Source of the DNA: an uncultured Gemmatimonadales bacterium
GTDB taxonomy: Bacteria; Gemmatimonadota; Gemmatimonadetes; Gemmatimonadales; Gemmatimonadaceae
Reading direction: 5' to 3'
DNA length: 64,000 nucleotides
Assembly: GCA_963701965.1 (NCBI GenBank)
Contig: OY969695.1
Span: 416,001 to 480,000, forward strand
The first letter of the stretch is position 1; every line of letters begins with the position of its first letter. The notes under the pieces are model-generated. The model saw only the letters and a program-made list of their open reading frames with translations, was not told the origin of the DNA and searched no databases. Below are positions 19,985-30,587 of this stretch, one piece after another. Both the position numbers and the translations under genes were made by a program.

Positions 19985-22093
19985 CTATCGCGTGAGCAGC
20001 TGGTCTATCGCGGCCGCGATGCGGTCCGCGTCGGGCAACACCGCGCCCAGCAAGTTTTCGTGGTACGGCATCGGCACATCCTCGACCGCCACTCGCTCCA
20101 CGGGTGCATCGAGCCACCAGAAGGCGTCCCGGGCCACCGTCGCCGCGATCTCGGCTCCGAATCCCGCGGTCAGCGTGTCCTCGTGCACGATCAGGCACCG
20201 GCCCGTCGCCTCCACGCTCGCCAGCACCGCGCCGCGATCCCACGGCGCGATCGTGCGCAGGTCGAGCAGCGCGACGCGCCCGGCAAACCGGTCGGCGGCC
20301 GCGAGACACCGATGGACCATGGCGCCCCACGTGATCAACGTCAGGTCGTTCCCGGTGCGGAGCGTGTTGGCCCGGCCCAGCGGCAGCACGTAATCGTCAC
20401 CGGGATACCGCGCGCTCCCGTCGCTGGTCATGAGCAGCGAGCGGTGCTCGAAGAAGATGCTGGGATTCCGGCTGCGCATCGCCGCGCGCAACAGTCCCAC
20501 GGCATCGGCCGCGTTGGACGGCACGAGCACTTGCCACCCGATCGCGTGGGCCCAGGTGACTTCGCTGCTCAGCGAGTGCCACGGGTCGCCGACGTCCTTC
20601 CCAAATCCGCCCGGCATGCGGACCACGATCGGCGCGGCGAACTGGTTGTTCGTCCGCCAGCGCATCGTGCCGCAATTGTTGAGCTGCTCGGTCGCCGGGT
20701 CGGCGTACTTGCGGAACTGGATCTCGGCCACGGGCATGAGACCGGAAATAGCCATGCCCACCGCCCGGCCAATGATCCCTTCCTCCGACAGGCTGGTATC
20801 GAACACGCGTCGGCCGCCGAAGCGCTTCTGGAGCCCCTCGGTGACGAGGTGCACCCCGCCCTTCACCCCGACGTCTTCTCCAAACACGAGGAGCTTCGCG
20901 TTGACCTCCAGCTCGCGCGCCAAGGTCCGCTTGACCGCTTCCGCGAAGCGGATGATCGGCCCCTCGCCGCGCTCCGTCGCATTCCCGCCCAGCGCCGCGA
21001 TCTCGGCGTCAGACAGGCCGCCGAGGGTGTCATGGTCCCTGGCATCGCGAGGCTCCGCATACACAAAGCGCTTGACGCCATCGGCGTCCGGCGCCGCGCG
21101 CGCCCGCGCGCCGGCCAGCGCCGCGGCGACGTCCCGTTCGACTTCGCGCTCCAGCGCGGACCAGTCGTTGGCCGAGAGTACCGAGGGCACCAGATACGAC
21201 TCGAGCTTGGGCAGCGGATCGCGAGTCCAATCCGCGGCAATCTCGCTCTCCGTGCGATAGCCGAGCTGGTTGTCGGGCCCGGAGTGACCGGAGAGGCGCG
21301 GCACGCGCAGACGGATGAGCGCGGGACCACTACCGGCGCGCACGTGACGCACCACCTCGCCCAGGAGCCGCGACGCTTCGGCGGGATCGGTGCCATCGCC
21401 TTCCCGCACCAGGAGATTGCCAAACGACGCCAGGTTCCGCGCGATACTTCCGCCGGGCGTCTGCATGTCGCCGCGGACGGAGATGCCGAGACCGTTGTCC
21501 TCGATGTAGAACAGCATCGGCAGCGACAGCGTCGTGGCCAACGTCAGCGACGCCCAGAACCCGTTCGTGGCGACGGACGCCTCGCCTCCGAGCGCGACGC
21601 CAATGGCGCCCGCGTAGCTCGCGTCGCCCAATACGTCGCGGTGATACTGAACGGCCTGGGCCCAGCCCGCGGTCGGCGTGTACTGGCTGCCGACATCGCC
21701 GGACATTGGCAGCACGATCGGCCCGTCCGTCCTCGGCAGATTGCAGACGACGCCAATGTCCCGCCCCCCGCTGAATCCGCCGACGCGGCCCAGCGGGCTG
21801 GCCAGCGCATCCTCGATGCCCAGTCCCAGCGAGAGCAGCAGCGGCCGCGAACGGTAGTACGCGCCCGCGGCGTCATGCGGCCGGTCGATCAGCGACCCCA
21901 GGATGACCTGCGCCATCTCGTGTCCGCGCGCCGAAAACTGGTAGAGCACGAGATGTTCGCGCGGCACCCCGGTTTTGTTCTTGTTCGTCGTCTCTTCCAC
22001 GTCGTCGAGCGCGCGCGACACGAGCGCGTGGTACGCGATGCGGCGCCACGTCGCGGCCGAGGGCGCGGCGCTGGGTTCGAGTTGCACGGCCAC
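19985..22093 (-). CDS. fused alpha-beta E1 component of a 2-oxoacid (branched-chain/aromatic type) dehydrogenase
   Basis: SARGHE, YYR, ThDP motif GEA...EDN, GHSGPD, FGEDVG, FDTSLSE, AEIQF, WHS, DLRT, VHED; GTG 22093 overlaps the paaD stop. Confidence 0.92.
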   Translation of the reverse strand: MAVQLEPSAAPSAATWRRIAYHALVSRALDDVEETTNKNKTGVPREHLVLYQFSARGHEMAQVILGSLIDRPHDAAGAYYRSRPLLLSLGLGIEDALASPLGRVGGFSGGRDIGVVCNLPRTDGPIVLPMSGDVGSQYTPTAGWAQAVQYHRDVLGDASYAGAIGVALGGEASVATNGFWASLTLATTLSLPMLFYIEDNGLGISVRGDMQTPGGSIARNLASFGNLLVREGDGTDPAEASRLLGEVVRHVRAGSGPALIRLRVPRLSGHSGPDNQLGYRTESEIAADWTRDPLPKLESYLVPSVLSANDWSALEREVERDVAAALAGARARAAPDADGVKRFVYAEPRDARDHDTLGGLSDAEIAALGGNATERGEGPIIRFAEAVKRTLARELEVNAKLLVFGEDVGVKGGVHLVTEGLQKRFGGRRVFDTSLSEEGIIGRAVGMAISGLMPVAEIQFRKYADPATEQLNNCGTMRWRTNNQFAAPIVVRMPGGFGKDVGDPWHSLSSEVTWAHAIGWQVLVPSNAADAVGLLRAAMRSRNPSIFFEHRSLLMTSDGSARYPGDDYVLPLGRANTLRTGNDLTLITWGAMVHRCLAAADRFAGRVALLDLRTIAPWDRGAVLASVEATGRCLIVHEDTLTAGFGAEIAATVARDAFWWLDAPVERVAVEDVPMPYHENLLGAVLPDADRIAAAIDQLLTR

Positions 22094-22644
22094 TAGATGG
22101 CCTTGAACAACTCGAACGGCTGCTGGCAGCCGTTGCAGTACATGACGGCCTTGCACGCCGTCGAACCGAACTCGCTGCGCGTGGTGGTCGCGCGCGATCC
22201 GCAGTAGGGACATGCCACGCTCGGCGTCCGCCGCGCCAGCGGGACCAGCGGCTCATCGCGTACGGAGGGCGACGGCGGCGCGATCCCGTAGGCCGCGAGT
22301 TTCTGCTTGGCGGTGTCGCCCAGCCAGTCCGTCGTCCAGGCGGGCGAGTAGACCGTGCGGATGTGCGAATGCCATCCGGCCTGGGACAACGCTTCGACAA
22401 TGTCGTGCTCGATGGCCTGCATCGCCGGACAACCCGAGTACGTCGGGGTGACCGAGACCGTGACCGCGCCATCGCCGTCGACGGCGACATCCCGCACGAT
22501 ACCCAGCTCGACCACGCTCAGCACCGGCACCTCGGGGTCCGGGACCCGGTCCAGCACGGCCCAGATCTCCGCGACGCTACGCGTCGGGAGATCTCGAGTC
22601 GGTTGGACCGATCTCGGCTTCGCCGGGATCTTGTCCGTCACCAC
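22093..22644 (-). CDS. paaD: phenylacetyl-CoA epoxidase subunit D
   Basis: VPDPEVPVLS, TPTYSGCPA, WTTDW, CPYCGS, FGSTACKA, C..CQQPF. Confidence 0.95.
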   Translation of the reverse strand: MVTDKIPAKPRSVQPTRDLPTRSVAEIWAVLDRVPDPEVPVLSVVELGIVRDVAVDGDGAVTVSVTPTYSGCPAMQAIEHDIVEALSQAGWHSHIRTVYSPAWTTDWLGDTAKQKLAAYGIAPPSPSVRDEPLVPLARRTPSVACPYCGSRATTTRSEFGSTACKAVMYCNGCQQPFELFKAI

Positions 22645-23405
22645 TGCGCTCCCGGGTACGACCGCTGGAGAATCTGCATCTCCGACAGCAGGTGCCCCAG
22701 CGCCTCCGTGTGGCGTCCCACCCGTCCGCCACGCTGCATGTATCCCGTCTCCGGCACCGTCAGCGTCGCGCGCCGCAGCACATCATCGACCTGCGCGCGC
22801 CAGCGGCCTTCGAGCGGACGCAGATCCGGCGCGATCCCCGCGCGCACGAGCGTCTCATCCACATCGTCGACGAGAAACATCTCGCCGGTATACCGCCACA
22901 ATGCGTCGAGCGCATCCTGGGCCCGGCGGTGACTCTCGACCGTGCCGTCCCCCAGCTTGATCACCCACTCGCCCGCATGTCGGACGTGATAGCGCGTCTC
23001 TTTGAGCGCTTTCGCGGCGATGCCCGCGAGCGGCGGATTGGCACTCTGGGTCAGCGCCTCCAACTGATAGAAAGCGGCGGCGCTGAACAGGAATTGGCGG
23101 ACGATCGTGAACCCAAAATCTCCCTTCGGCAGCTCCACGAGCAGCACATTGCGATAGTCGATCGCCTCGCGCAGGTACGCCAGCGCGTCGGCATCGCGTC
23201 CGACTTCCTCGGTCTCCCCGGCCAGTCCCAGGAACAGGTTCGCTTGGCCGATCAGATCGAGCGCGACGTTGGCCAGGGCGATGTCCTCTTCGAGGATCGG
23301 CGCATGCCCGCACCACTCGGACACCCGGTGTCCGAGCACCAGCCGATCATCGCCGAGTCGCAGCAGATACTGGACGAGGGCGGCGCGCGTCGCATCGTCC
23401 ACCAT
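22638..23405 (-). CDS. paaC: phenylacetyl-CoA epoxidase subunit C
   Basis: LGDD.LVLGHR.SEWCGHAP.LEEDIA, KE..YH, HTEALGHLLSEMQ.LQR.YPGAQW. Confidence 0.95.
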   Translation of the reverse strand: MVDDATRAALVQYLLRLGDDRLVLGHRVSEWCGHAPILEEDIALANVALDLIGQANLFLGLAGETEEVGRDADALAYLREAIDYRNVLLVELPKGDFGFTIVRQFLFSAAAFYQLEALTQSANPPLAGIAAKALKETRYHVRHAGEWVIKLGDGTVESHRRAQDALDALWRYTGEMFLVDDVDETLVRAGIAPDLRPLEGRWRAQVDDVLRRATLTVPETGYMQRGGRVGRHTEALGHLLSEMQILQRSYPGAQW

Positions 23406-23716
23406 CAGACGCGCACGCCGCGCGGCGACGTGTAGAACTGCGGATGTCGATACGGCTTGTCGTTCCCGGGCTCGAAAAACGGGCCCATATCTTCGGGCGT
23501 CGATGCCGTGATGGCGGCCGTGGGGACGACCCAGATGCCCACGGCCTCCCCGCGGCGCGCGTAGACGTCGCGCGCGTTCTGGAGCGCGCTCTCGGCATCG
23601 ACCGCGTGCACGCTGCCGGCGTGCTCGAACGGCGCGCCGCCCGGCGGCTGCAGGAAGACTTCCCAGAGGGGCCACTGCCCGGCCATGGCCGTTCCCGCAG
23701 CCATTCCAGCGGCCAT
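23405..23716 (-). CDS. paaB: phenylacetyl-CoA epoxidase subunit B (alternative start 23686)
   Basis: WPLWEVF, HAGSVHA.D, ARDVYARR.E, DKPYRHP.FY. Confidence 0.95.
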   Translation of the reverse strand: MAAGMAAGTAMAGQWPLWEVFLQPPGGAPFEHAGSVHAVDAESALQNARDVYARRGEAVGIWVVPTAAITASTPEDMGPFFEPGNDKPYRHPQFYTSPRGVRV

Positions 23717-23717
23717 C

Positions 23718-24668
23718 TCAGGCCGCCGGCGCGACGCCTTGGGCTGCGCGCTTGGCGGCATACGCCTCCGCCGCCTCGCGGACCCACGCGCCGTCGTGAT
23801 GCGCCGCATTGCGCGTCGCCAGCCGCTCGCGGTTGAGCGGACCGTCGCCGTGCACCACGCGCGAGAACTCGTCCCAGTCGATCGGTCCGAAGTTCCAGTT
23901 GCCCGTCTCCGCGTCATACGTGAGCGCGGGATCGGGCAGCGTGAGGTCGATCGCCTTGGCCTGCGCGACGGTCAGATTCACGAACCGTTGGCGCAACTCA
24001 TCGTTGCCCTTGCGCTTGACTCCCCAGCGCGTGAGCTCCGCCGAATTGGGCGAATCCTTGTCCGACGGGCCGAACATCATGAGCGACGGCCACCACCACC
24101 GGTCCACGGCATCCTGCGCCATCCGGCGCTGGCCCGGCGCGCCAGCCGCCAGCGTCGCCATGATCTCGTAGCCCTGGCGTTTGTGAAAATTCTCTTCCTT
24201 GCAGATCCGGATCATCGCCCGGGCATAGGGCCCGTAGGACGCCTTGGCCAGCATGGTCTGGTTCACGATGGCGGCGCCATCCACGAACCACCCAATCGCG
24301 CCAATATCCGCCCAGGTCAGCGTCGGATAGTTGAAGATGCTGGAATACTTCGCCTTGCCCGACAACAGTTGGTCGACCAACTCCTCACGACCGACACCCA
24401 ACGTCTCGGTGCCGCAATAGATGTAGAGCCCGTGCCCCGCCTCATCCTGCACTTTGGCGAGGAGACCCATCTTGCGGCGCAGGGTCGGAGCCCGCGTGAT
24501 CCAGTTGCCCTCGGGCAGCATGCCGACGATCTCGGAGTGCGCGTGCTGCGACATCATCCGGATGAGCTGCTTCCGGTAGCGCTCCGGCATCCAATCTTTG
24601 GGCTCTATCGTCTCGCCCGCGGCGATCCGCGCCTCGAATTGGCTCTCGGTCATGCCGTAATTTACCAC
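23718..24668 (-). CDS. paaA: phenylacetyl-CoA epoxidase subunit A (di-iron catalytic subunit)
   Basis: [40 protein letters not shown]. Confidence 0.97.
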   Translation of the reverse strand: MVNYGMTESQFEARIAAGETIEPKDWMPERYRKQLIRMMSQHAHSEIVGMLPEGNWITRAPTLRRKMGLLAKVQDEAGHGLYIYCGTETLGVGREELVDQLLSGKAKYSSIFNYPTLTWADIGAIGWFVDGAAIVNQTMLAKASYGPYARAMIRICKEENFHKRQGYEIMATLAAGAPGQRRMAQDAVDRWWWPSLMMFGPSDKDSPNSAELTRWGVKRKGNDELRQRFVNLTVAQAKAIDLTLPDPALTYDAETGNWNFGPIDWDEFSRVVHGDGPLNRERLATRNAAHHDGAWVREAAEAYAAKRAAQGVAPAA

Positions 24669-24669
24669 G

Positions 24670-26709
24670 TCACTCCTTGCGCCGCACGAGGGTCAGGATC
24701 GTGTAAACGGCGACCGGCTCGCTGTTCTGGTTCGTGACTTCCACGTCCCAGGCCACGACGCCCTGGGGGACCTGCCCCTCCTTGTCCTCTTTCGCCGTCT
24801 TTTGCTTGCAGGTGAGACGGACCTGGATCGTGTCGCCAATGTAGACGGGCTTCACGAAACGCAAGTTGTCCAAACCGTAGTTCGCCAGCACGGGCCCGGG
24901 CGCGGGGTCGACGAAGAGACCGGCGGCGGCCGACAGCACGAAGTACCCGTGCGCCACGCGGCGCTCGAAGATCGAGTCCTTGGCGGCGATGTCATCCATG
25001 TGGGCATAGAAGAAATCGCCGCTGATGCCGGCAAAATTCACGACGTCGCTCTCCGTCACCGTCCGCCGGTGCGTGTGCAGCGTCTCCCCGATCTCCAGCT
25101 CCTCGAAATACTTTCGGAACGGATGCACCCGATCGCCGGTCTCCTCGGCTTTCGGCAACCACTCCCGCGTCACTTTCGACAACACGGTCGGCGAGCCCTG
25201 GAGCGCGGTCCGCTGCATGTAGTGCAGGACGCCGCGCACGCCGCCCATTTCTTCCCCGCCGCCGGCCCGCCCCGGGCCGCCGTGCACCAGGTGCGGCAGC
25301 GGCGAACCGTGTCCGGTCGACTCCTTCGCGCTCGTCCGGTCGACGATCATGAGACGGCCGTGATAGGGGGCCGTTCCCAGCGCGACCGTGCGCGCCGTGT
25401 CCACGTCGGCCGTGAACAATGACCCCACCAGCGATCCCCGCCCCCGGTTCGCCAGGGCCACGGCTTGGTCCAGCGAGTCGTACGGCATCACGGTGTTCAC
25501 CGGACCGAACGCTTCGACGTCGTGCGGCGCGGTCTTCTCGAATGGCCGATCGTCGTACAGCAACAACGTCGGAAAGAACGCGCCGGTCTTGGCGTCCGCT
25601 CCAATGACGTCCATCGCCTCGACACTGCCGTATACGAGCTCGGCGGCCTGCTTGAGCTTCTCGACGTTGTCCGACACTTCGCGCACTTGCGTCATGCCGG
25701 CCAACGGGCCCATGCGGACGCCGTCCCGGCTCGGATCACCGATGGTCACACCCGCCAGACGCTTTTTGAGCGCGGTGACCACGTCGTCGACCATGGCCGC
25801 GGGCACGATCGAGCGACGGATGGCGGTGCACTTCTGGCCCGCCTTGACGGTCATCTCGCGCACGACCTCTTTGACGAAGAGGTCGAACTCCTCGGTCCCG
25901 GGCCGGGCATCCGGACCCAGCATCGAGAAATTGAGGGAGTCGGCCTCCTGGTTGAATCGCACGGAGTGCTCGACCATCGCCTTGCCCGTCTTGAGCATCT
26001 GCCCCGTGCTCGCCGCGCCCGTGAACGCCACCGCATCCTGACAGGTCACGTGATCCAGGAGATCGCCCGCGCTGCCACACAGAAGCTGGAACGCGCCCGG
26101 GGGGAGAATGTTGGACTCGACCATCGCGCGGGCAACGGCCTCGGTGAGATACGAGGTCACCGTGGCGGGCTTCGCGATCACCGGCACCCCCGCCAGGATC
26201 GCCGTCGACATCTTCTCCAGCATGCCCCACACCGGGAAATTGAACGCGTTGATCAGGATCGCCGCGCCTTCCAACGGCACGCAGATGTGCCGCCCGACGA
26301 ACGAGCCGCCCTTCGAGATCGTCTCGGCCGGCCCGTCGACATAGAAGCGCTCGTCGGGAAACTCCCGGCGCCCGCGGCTGGCGTAAGCGAACAGCGTGCC
26401 GAATCCGCCGTCGATATCGATCCAGCTGTCGGTCTTGGTCGCGCCCGTCCGCTTCGAGATCGCGTAGAACTCGTCTTTGCGCGCCGTGAGATACTGGGCC
26501 AATGCCTTGAGCATCCGCGCGCGCTCATGAAAGGTCATGGCCCGGAGGCGCGGACCGCCGACCGTGCGCGCATACTCGAGCACGCCCTTGAAGTCGAGCC
26601 CACTGGTGCTGGCCTCGGCGAACTGCTCGCCCGTGACCGCATCGAAGAGCGCCGTCGCCTTGCCCTGACATTCGACCCATTCGCCGTGCACGTAGTTCTT
26701 GAGCCGCAT
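24670..26709 (-). CDS. paaZ: bifunctional oxepin-CoA hydrolase / aldehyde dehydrogenase
   Basis: [39 protein letters not shown] plus a C-terminal MaoC domain (GD.FYAHMD). Confidence 0.97.
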   Translation of the reverse strand: MRLKNYVHGEWVECQGKATALFDAVTGEQFAEASTSGLDFKGVLEYARTVGGPRLRAMTFHERARMLKALAQYLTARKDEFYAISKRTGATKTDSWIDIDGGFGTLFAYASRGRREFPDERFYVDGPAETISKGGSFVGRHICVPLEGAAILINAFNFPVWGMLEKMSTAILAGVPVIAKPATVTSYLTEAVARAMVESNILPPGAFQLLCGSAGDLLDHVTCQDAVAFTGAASTGQMLKTGKAMVEHSVRFNQEADSLNFSMLGPDARPGTEEFDLFVKEVVREMTVKAGQKCTAIRRSIVPAAMVDDVVTALKKRLAGVTIGDPSRDGVRMGPLAGMTQVREVSDNVEKLKQAAELVYGSVEAMDVIGADAKTGAFFPTLLLYDDRPFEKTAPHDVEAFGPVNTVMPYDSLDQAVALANRGRGSLVGSLFTADVDTARTVALGTAPYHGRLMIVDRTSAKESTGHGSPLPHLVHGGPGRAGGGEEMGGVRGVLHYMQRTALQGSPTVLSKVTREWLPKAEETGDRVHPFRKYFEELEIGETLHTHRRTVTESDVVNFAGISGDFFYAHMDDIAAKDSIFERRVAHGYFVLSAAAGLFVDPAPGPVLANYGLDNLRFVKPVYIGDTIQVRLTCKQKTAKEDKEGQVPQGVVAWDVEVTNQNSEPVAVYTILTLVRRKE

Positions 26710-27311
26710 TACGAACCCCTCTGTTCGTGCCACGTCTGATAGACGGCGGCTTGGTCGCGCCGGTCCGCCGGGATTTCGCGCAGTGGTTCGCAGGGCTCGA
26801 GCGTCGCGTGCAACCGCGCCGGCAACTGTTGATAGAGGCGGGTGCCCTGTGTCTTCCAGTTCAACATCTCGTCACTTACGTCCTTCACGACCCGTCCGGG
26901 ATTGCCGACGATGACCTTGCGCTCCTCGACGACGGTATCGGCCGGGACAAATGTCAGGGCGCCGACAATGCAGCCTGCGCCAACGCGGGCGCGGTCCATC
27001 ACGACCGCATTCATGCCGACCAGGACGTTGCGGCCGATGTGGGCGCCGTGGATCACCGCGCCGTGTCCGATATGCGCTCCGGCCTCCAAGACGACCGTGA
27101 CACCGGGGAACGAGTGAATGACACACGTCTCCTGGACGTTGCACCCGTCCTCGATGACGATGCCGCCCCAGTCGCCGCGGATCGCCGCGCTGGGGCCCAC
27201 GTACACGTCGCGGCCAATGATCACGTTGCCGACGATCGTGGCATTGGGGTGCACGAACGCCGACTCGTGCACGACCGGCCGGTACCCGTCAAACGCAAAG
27301 CAATTCGCCAC
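26709..27311 (-). CDS. paaY: gamma-carbonic-anhydrase-like hexapeptide repeat protein
   Basis: PVVHESAFVHP, IRGDWG, HIGHGA.IHG, WKTQGT.LYQ; inside the paa operon. Confidence 0.9.
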   Translation of the reverse strand: MANCFAFDGYRPVVHESAFVHPNATIVGNVIIGRDVYVGPSAAIRGDWGGIVIEDGCNVQETCVIHSFPGVTVVLEAGAHIGHGAVIHGAHIGRNVLVGMNAVVMDRARVGAGCIVGALTFVPADTVVEERKVIVGNPGRVVKDVSDEMLNWKTQGTRLYQQLPARLHATLEPCEPLREIPADRRDQAAVYQTWHEQRGS

Positions 27312-28516
27312 TAGACGCGCTCGATGATCGTCGCCATGCCCTGTCCCACGCCCACGCACATCGACGCCAACGCATAGCGCGCTTGCGTGGCTTCCAGCTC
27401 GCGCGCTGCCGTCAGGATGAGGCGCGTCCCCGACATGCCCAAGGGGTGCCCGATGGCGATCGCGCCGCCGTTGGGATTGATCCGCGGGTCTTCGGGCGCC
27501 AGGCCCAACTCGCGCGCGCAGGCGATGACCTGGGCGGCGAACGCTTCGTTGAACTCGATGACGTGCATGTCATCGAGTGACAACTTGGCGCGGGCGAGCG
27601 CCTTTTGACTGGACGGCACCGGCCCCATGCCCATGATGCGCGGCTCGACGCCGGCGGCGGCGCTGGACACGACTCTGGCGAGGGGTTTGAGATGAAATTC
27701 GCGGACCGCGGCTTCCGAGGCGATCAAGACCGCGGCGGCGCCGTCGTTGATGCCGGAGGCGTTGCCCGCCGTCACCGAGCCGCCCTGACGGAAGGCCGGC
27801 TTGAGCTTCGCCAGCTTGTCGAGGGATGTGTCCGGACGCAGGAACTCGTCCTGATCGAACTGCCTCGATTCGCCGCGCTTGTCGCCGGGGACATCGACCG
27901 GGGTGATCTCGCCCGTGAAGCGCCCGCGCGCGCGGGCCGCGGCGGCTTTGCTCTGGGACTGGCAGGCAAAACGATCCTGGTCCTCGCGGCTCACCTTGAA
28001 CTGCTCGGCGACGTTCTCGGCGGTCTCGCCCATGGCGTCGATCCCGTACTGCTGCTGCATCGTCGGGTTCACGAAGCGCCAGCCCAGACTCGTGTCGAAA
28101 AGCTGCGCGTCGCGCGCAAAAGCCTTTGCGCTCTTCGAGAGTACGTAGGGGGCGCGCGTCATGCTTTCGACGCCACCGGCGATATAGAGATCGCCGTCGC
28201 CCAATTTGATGGCGCGGCTGGCGATCGCCACTGCGCTCATGCCGGAAGCACAGAGGCGATTGACCGTCTCGCCAGGCACTGACACCGGGAGGCCGGCGAG
28301 GAGCGCCGCCATCCGGGCGACGTTCCGATTGTCCTCGCCGGCCTGGTTGGCGCACCCGATGACGACATCGGCGATGCGCTCGGGATCGACCCGCTGGCGT
28401 TCCATGAGCCGACGAATGACGAGGGCCGCCATGTCGTCGGGTCTCACTTCGCTCAGACTGCCCCCAAACGACCCGATCGGGGTTCGTACGCCATCTATGA
28501 TAAAGGCTTCAGCCAT
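27311..28516 (-). CDS. paaJ: 3-oxoadipyl-CoA / 3-oxo-5,6-dehydrosuberyl-CoA thiolase
   Basis: GCANQAGEDNRNVAR, NRLCASG, NEAFA, GHPLG, MCVGVGQG. Confidence 0.93.
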   Translation of the reverse strand: MAEAFIIDGVRTPIGSFGGSLSEVRPDDMAALVIRRLMERQRVDPERIADVVIGCANQAGEDNRNVARMAALLAGLPVSVPGETVNRLCASGMSAVAIASRAIKLGDGDLYIAGGVESMTRAPYVLSKSAKAFARDAQLFDTSLGWRFVNPTMQQQYGIDAMGETAENVAEQFKVSREDQDRFACQSQSKAAAARARGRFTGEITPVDVPGDKRGESRQFDQDEFLRPDTSLDKLAKLKPAFRQGGSVTAGNASGINDGAAAVLIASEAAVREFHLKPLARVVSSAAAGVEPRIMGMGPVPSSQKALARAKLSLDDMHVIEFNEAFAAQVIACARELGLAPEDPRINPNGGAIAIGHPLGMSGTRLILTAARELEATQARYALASMCVGVGQGMATIIERV

Positions 28517-28562
28517 GATCTCGACTCGTTCGATAAACGGTTCCCCGAAAGATGGCGGCCTG

Positions 28563-29732
28563 TCACGAAAAGCGCCGACCCTCGCGCGCCATGCGGGCCA
28601 GGAGCACACTCGGTCGATACCGCTCCTCGTTGTACTCTCGCTGCAAGGCGGCAAGTCGGCTATGCACATGGTCGAGGCCCAGCTCGTCACCCCAGGCGAG
28701 CAATCCCTTGGGGTAGTTGACCCCTTTGGTGATGGCCAGGTCGATGTCGGCCGGCGACGCCACGCGCCAATGCACGGCGTCCACGGCCTCGTTGATCAAC
28801 ATGACGAGAATCCGCTCGACGATCGCCAGGCCCAGGGTCTTGTCGGCCATGGGCGGGGGCTTGGTGGCCCCTTCACGGTAGTCATAGAATCCCCGTCCGG
28901 TCTTGCGTCCGAGCATCCCCGCCTCGACAAGCCGCTGTTGCGTCAGCGACGGGCGATACCGGGGATCGTAGAACATGCCAGCGAACACCGCGCTGGTGAC
29001 CGCGAAGTTGACGTCCAGCCCAATGAAATCCATCAACTCGAAGGGCCCCATGCGGAACCCGCCCAGCTCGCGCATGGCCCAGTCGATTGTCGGCGCCTCG
29101 GCGATGCCCTCGTCGTGAATGCGCAGGGCTTCGCCATAGAACGGCCGCGCCACGCGATTGACAATGAACCCGGGCGTGTCGCTGGCCACGACCGTCGTCT
29201 TGTTCCAGCTGTCGATCAGCGCGCGCGTGGGCGCAGTGACCGAGTCGGCCGTGCCGCGCCACGGGATGATCTCCACCAGCGGCATGACCGGCGCGGGATT
29301 GAAGAAGTGCACGCCAAGCACACGCTCGGCGCGCCGGCACGCCGCGGCGATACCGGCGACGGGCAACGACGATGTGTTCGTCGCCAGCACGCAGTCATCG
29401 GCGACGACGCGCTCGATACGGGCGAACGCGTCGCGCTTGGCGTCGAGCCGCTCGACGATCGCTTCGATGACGAGGACGCAGTCGCGGAATGAGGCCAGGT
29501 CCTCGGTCGCGCGCTCGAAGCGGATCCGCGCCACGATCTCGGCCGCCGTGCCCGCATGCTGCCGGCCGCGGTCGACTTCGCGTTGCAACTGCGCGGCGAT
29601 GGCGGTCCGGGCGCGCGCCAACGCGCTATCGTCGGCATCGACTATCACCACGGCGTGGCCGCTGGTCGATGCCACTTGGGCAATACCGCTGCCCATGGCC
29701 CCGGCACCGAGGACGCCGACGGGCCCGGTCAT
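28563..29732 (-). CDS. paaH: 3-hydroxyacyl-CoA (3-hydroxyadipyl-CoA) dehydrogenase
   Basis: GAGAMGSGIA, NTSSL, HFFNPAP, DTPGFIVNR, GFRMGPFEL. Confidence 0.92.
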   Translation of the reverse strand: MTGPVGVLGAGAMGSGIAQVASTSGHAVVIVDADDSALARARTAIAAQLQREVDRGRQHAGTAAEIVARIRFERATEDLASFRDCVLVIEAIVERLDAKRDAFARIERVVADDCVLATNTSSLPVAGIAAACRRAERVLGVHFFNPAPVMPLVEIIPWRGTADSVTAPTRALIDSWNKTTVVASDTPGFIVNRVARPFYGEALRIHDEGIAEAPTIDWAMRELGGFRMGPFELMDFIGLDVNFAVTSAVFAGMFYDPRYRPSLTQQRLVEAGMLGRKTGRGFYDYREGATKPPPMADKTLGLAIVERILVMLINEAVDAVHWRVASPADIDLAITKGVNYPKGLLAWGDELGLDHVHSRLAALQREYNEERYRPSVLLARMAREGRRFS

Positions 29733-30517
29733 CGCCCCGCGAACCGTGGCGCGCGCTTCTCCTGGAACGCCCGGACCCCTTCCATATAGTCGGCAGTCCG
29801 TCCGGCGGTCGACTGCAGCTGCGCCTCCAGCGCCAGCTGCGCCTCCAGATCGTTGGTCAGCGAAGCGTTCAGCGCCCGCTTGATGAGACCCAGCCCCCGC
29901 GTGGGTTGCGTGGCCAGCTCCCGGGCCAGGCCGCCGGCCACTTCCATGAGCGTGGCGCCGGGTACCACATCGTGGATCATGCCCCATTCCTTTGCCTGGG
30001 CCGCCGGCACCTTGCCGCCGAGCATCGCCAGGCTCGTGGCCCGCGCCAGGCCGACGAGACGCGGCAGGAAAAACGTGCCCGCGGTGTCGGGAATGAGCCC
30101 GATCTTGACGAACGCCTGGATGAACGACGCCTGTTCCGCGGCGATCACGATATCGCACGCCAGCGCGAGATTGGCGCCGGCGCCGGCCGCGACGCCGTTG
30201 ACGGCGGCGACAACAGGCTTTTCCAGACGCCGGATGGCGAGAATGAGCGCGTTGTAGCCTCGGACGACATCGCCGATCTCTGGCCCCGTCGAGCCGTCAG
30301 GGGGGACGACTTCGGCGAGATCCTGGCCCGCGCAGAACGCGCGCCCCGCGCCGGTGAGCAACACGGCGCGCACGCCGTCGTCGGTGGCGGCGGCCTCGAA
30401 CGCGCTGCGCAGCTCCGTCACCATCAGGCGGTTGCAGCTATTGAGCACTTCCGGGCGATGCAGCGTGATCGCCAGCACCCCCGCGTTCGTTTCGCGGAGG
30501 ACGTGCTGAAACTCCAT
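29729..30517 (-). CDS. paaG: 1,2-epoxyphenylacetyl-CoA isomerase (crotonase family)
   Basis: GRAFCAGQDL, NGVAAGAGAN.ALACD, FIQAF.KIGLIPD. Confidence 0.92.
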   Translation of the reverse strand: MEFQHVLRETNAGVLAITLHRPEVLNSCNRLMVTELRSAFEAAATDDGVRAVLLTGAGRAFCAGQDLAEVVPPDGSTGPEIGDVVRGYNALILAIRRLEKPVVAAVNGVAAGAGANLALACDIVIAAEQASFIQAFVKIGLIPDTAGTFFLPRLVGLARATSLAMLGGKVPAAQAKEWGMIHDVVPGATLMEVAGGLARELATQPTRGLGLIKRALNASLTNDLEAQLALEAQLQSTAGRTADYMEGVRAFQEKRAPRFAGR

Positions 30518-30523
30518 GAGACA

Positions 30524-30567
30524 CCTCGGGTCGCGTGCCGAAGAATAGCGGGGCACGCGACCCGAGG
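30524..30567. promoter_or_regulatory. perfect 16-bp inverted repeat covering the paaG ribosome-binding site
   Basis: CCTCGGGTCGCGTGCC (30524-30539) / GGCACGCGACCCGAGG (30552-30567); no U-tract on either side. Confidence 0.7.
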
Positions 30568-30587
30568 ACCACTTCCAGAACGACTGG

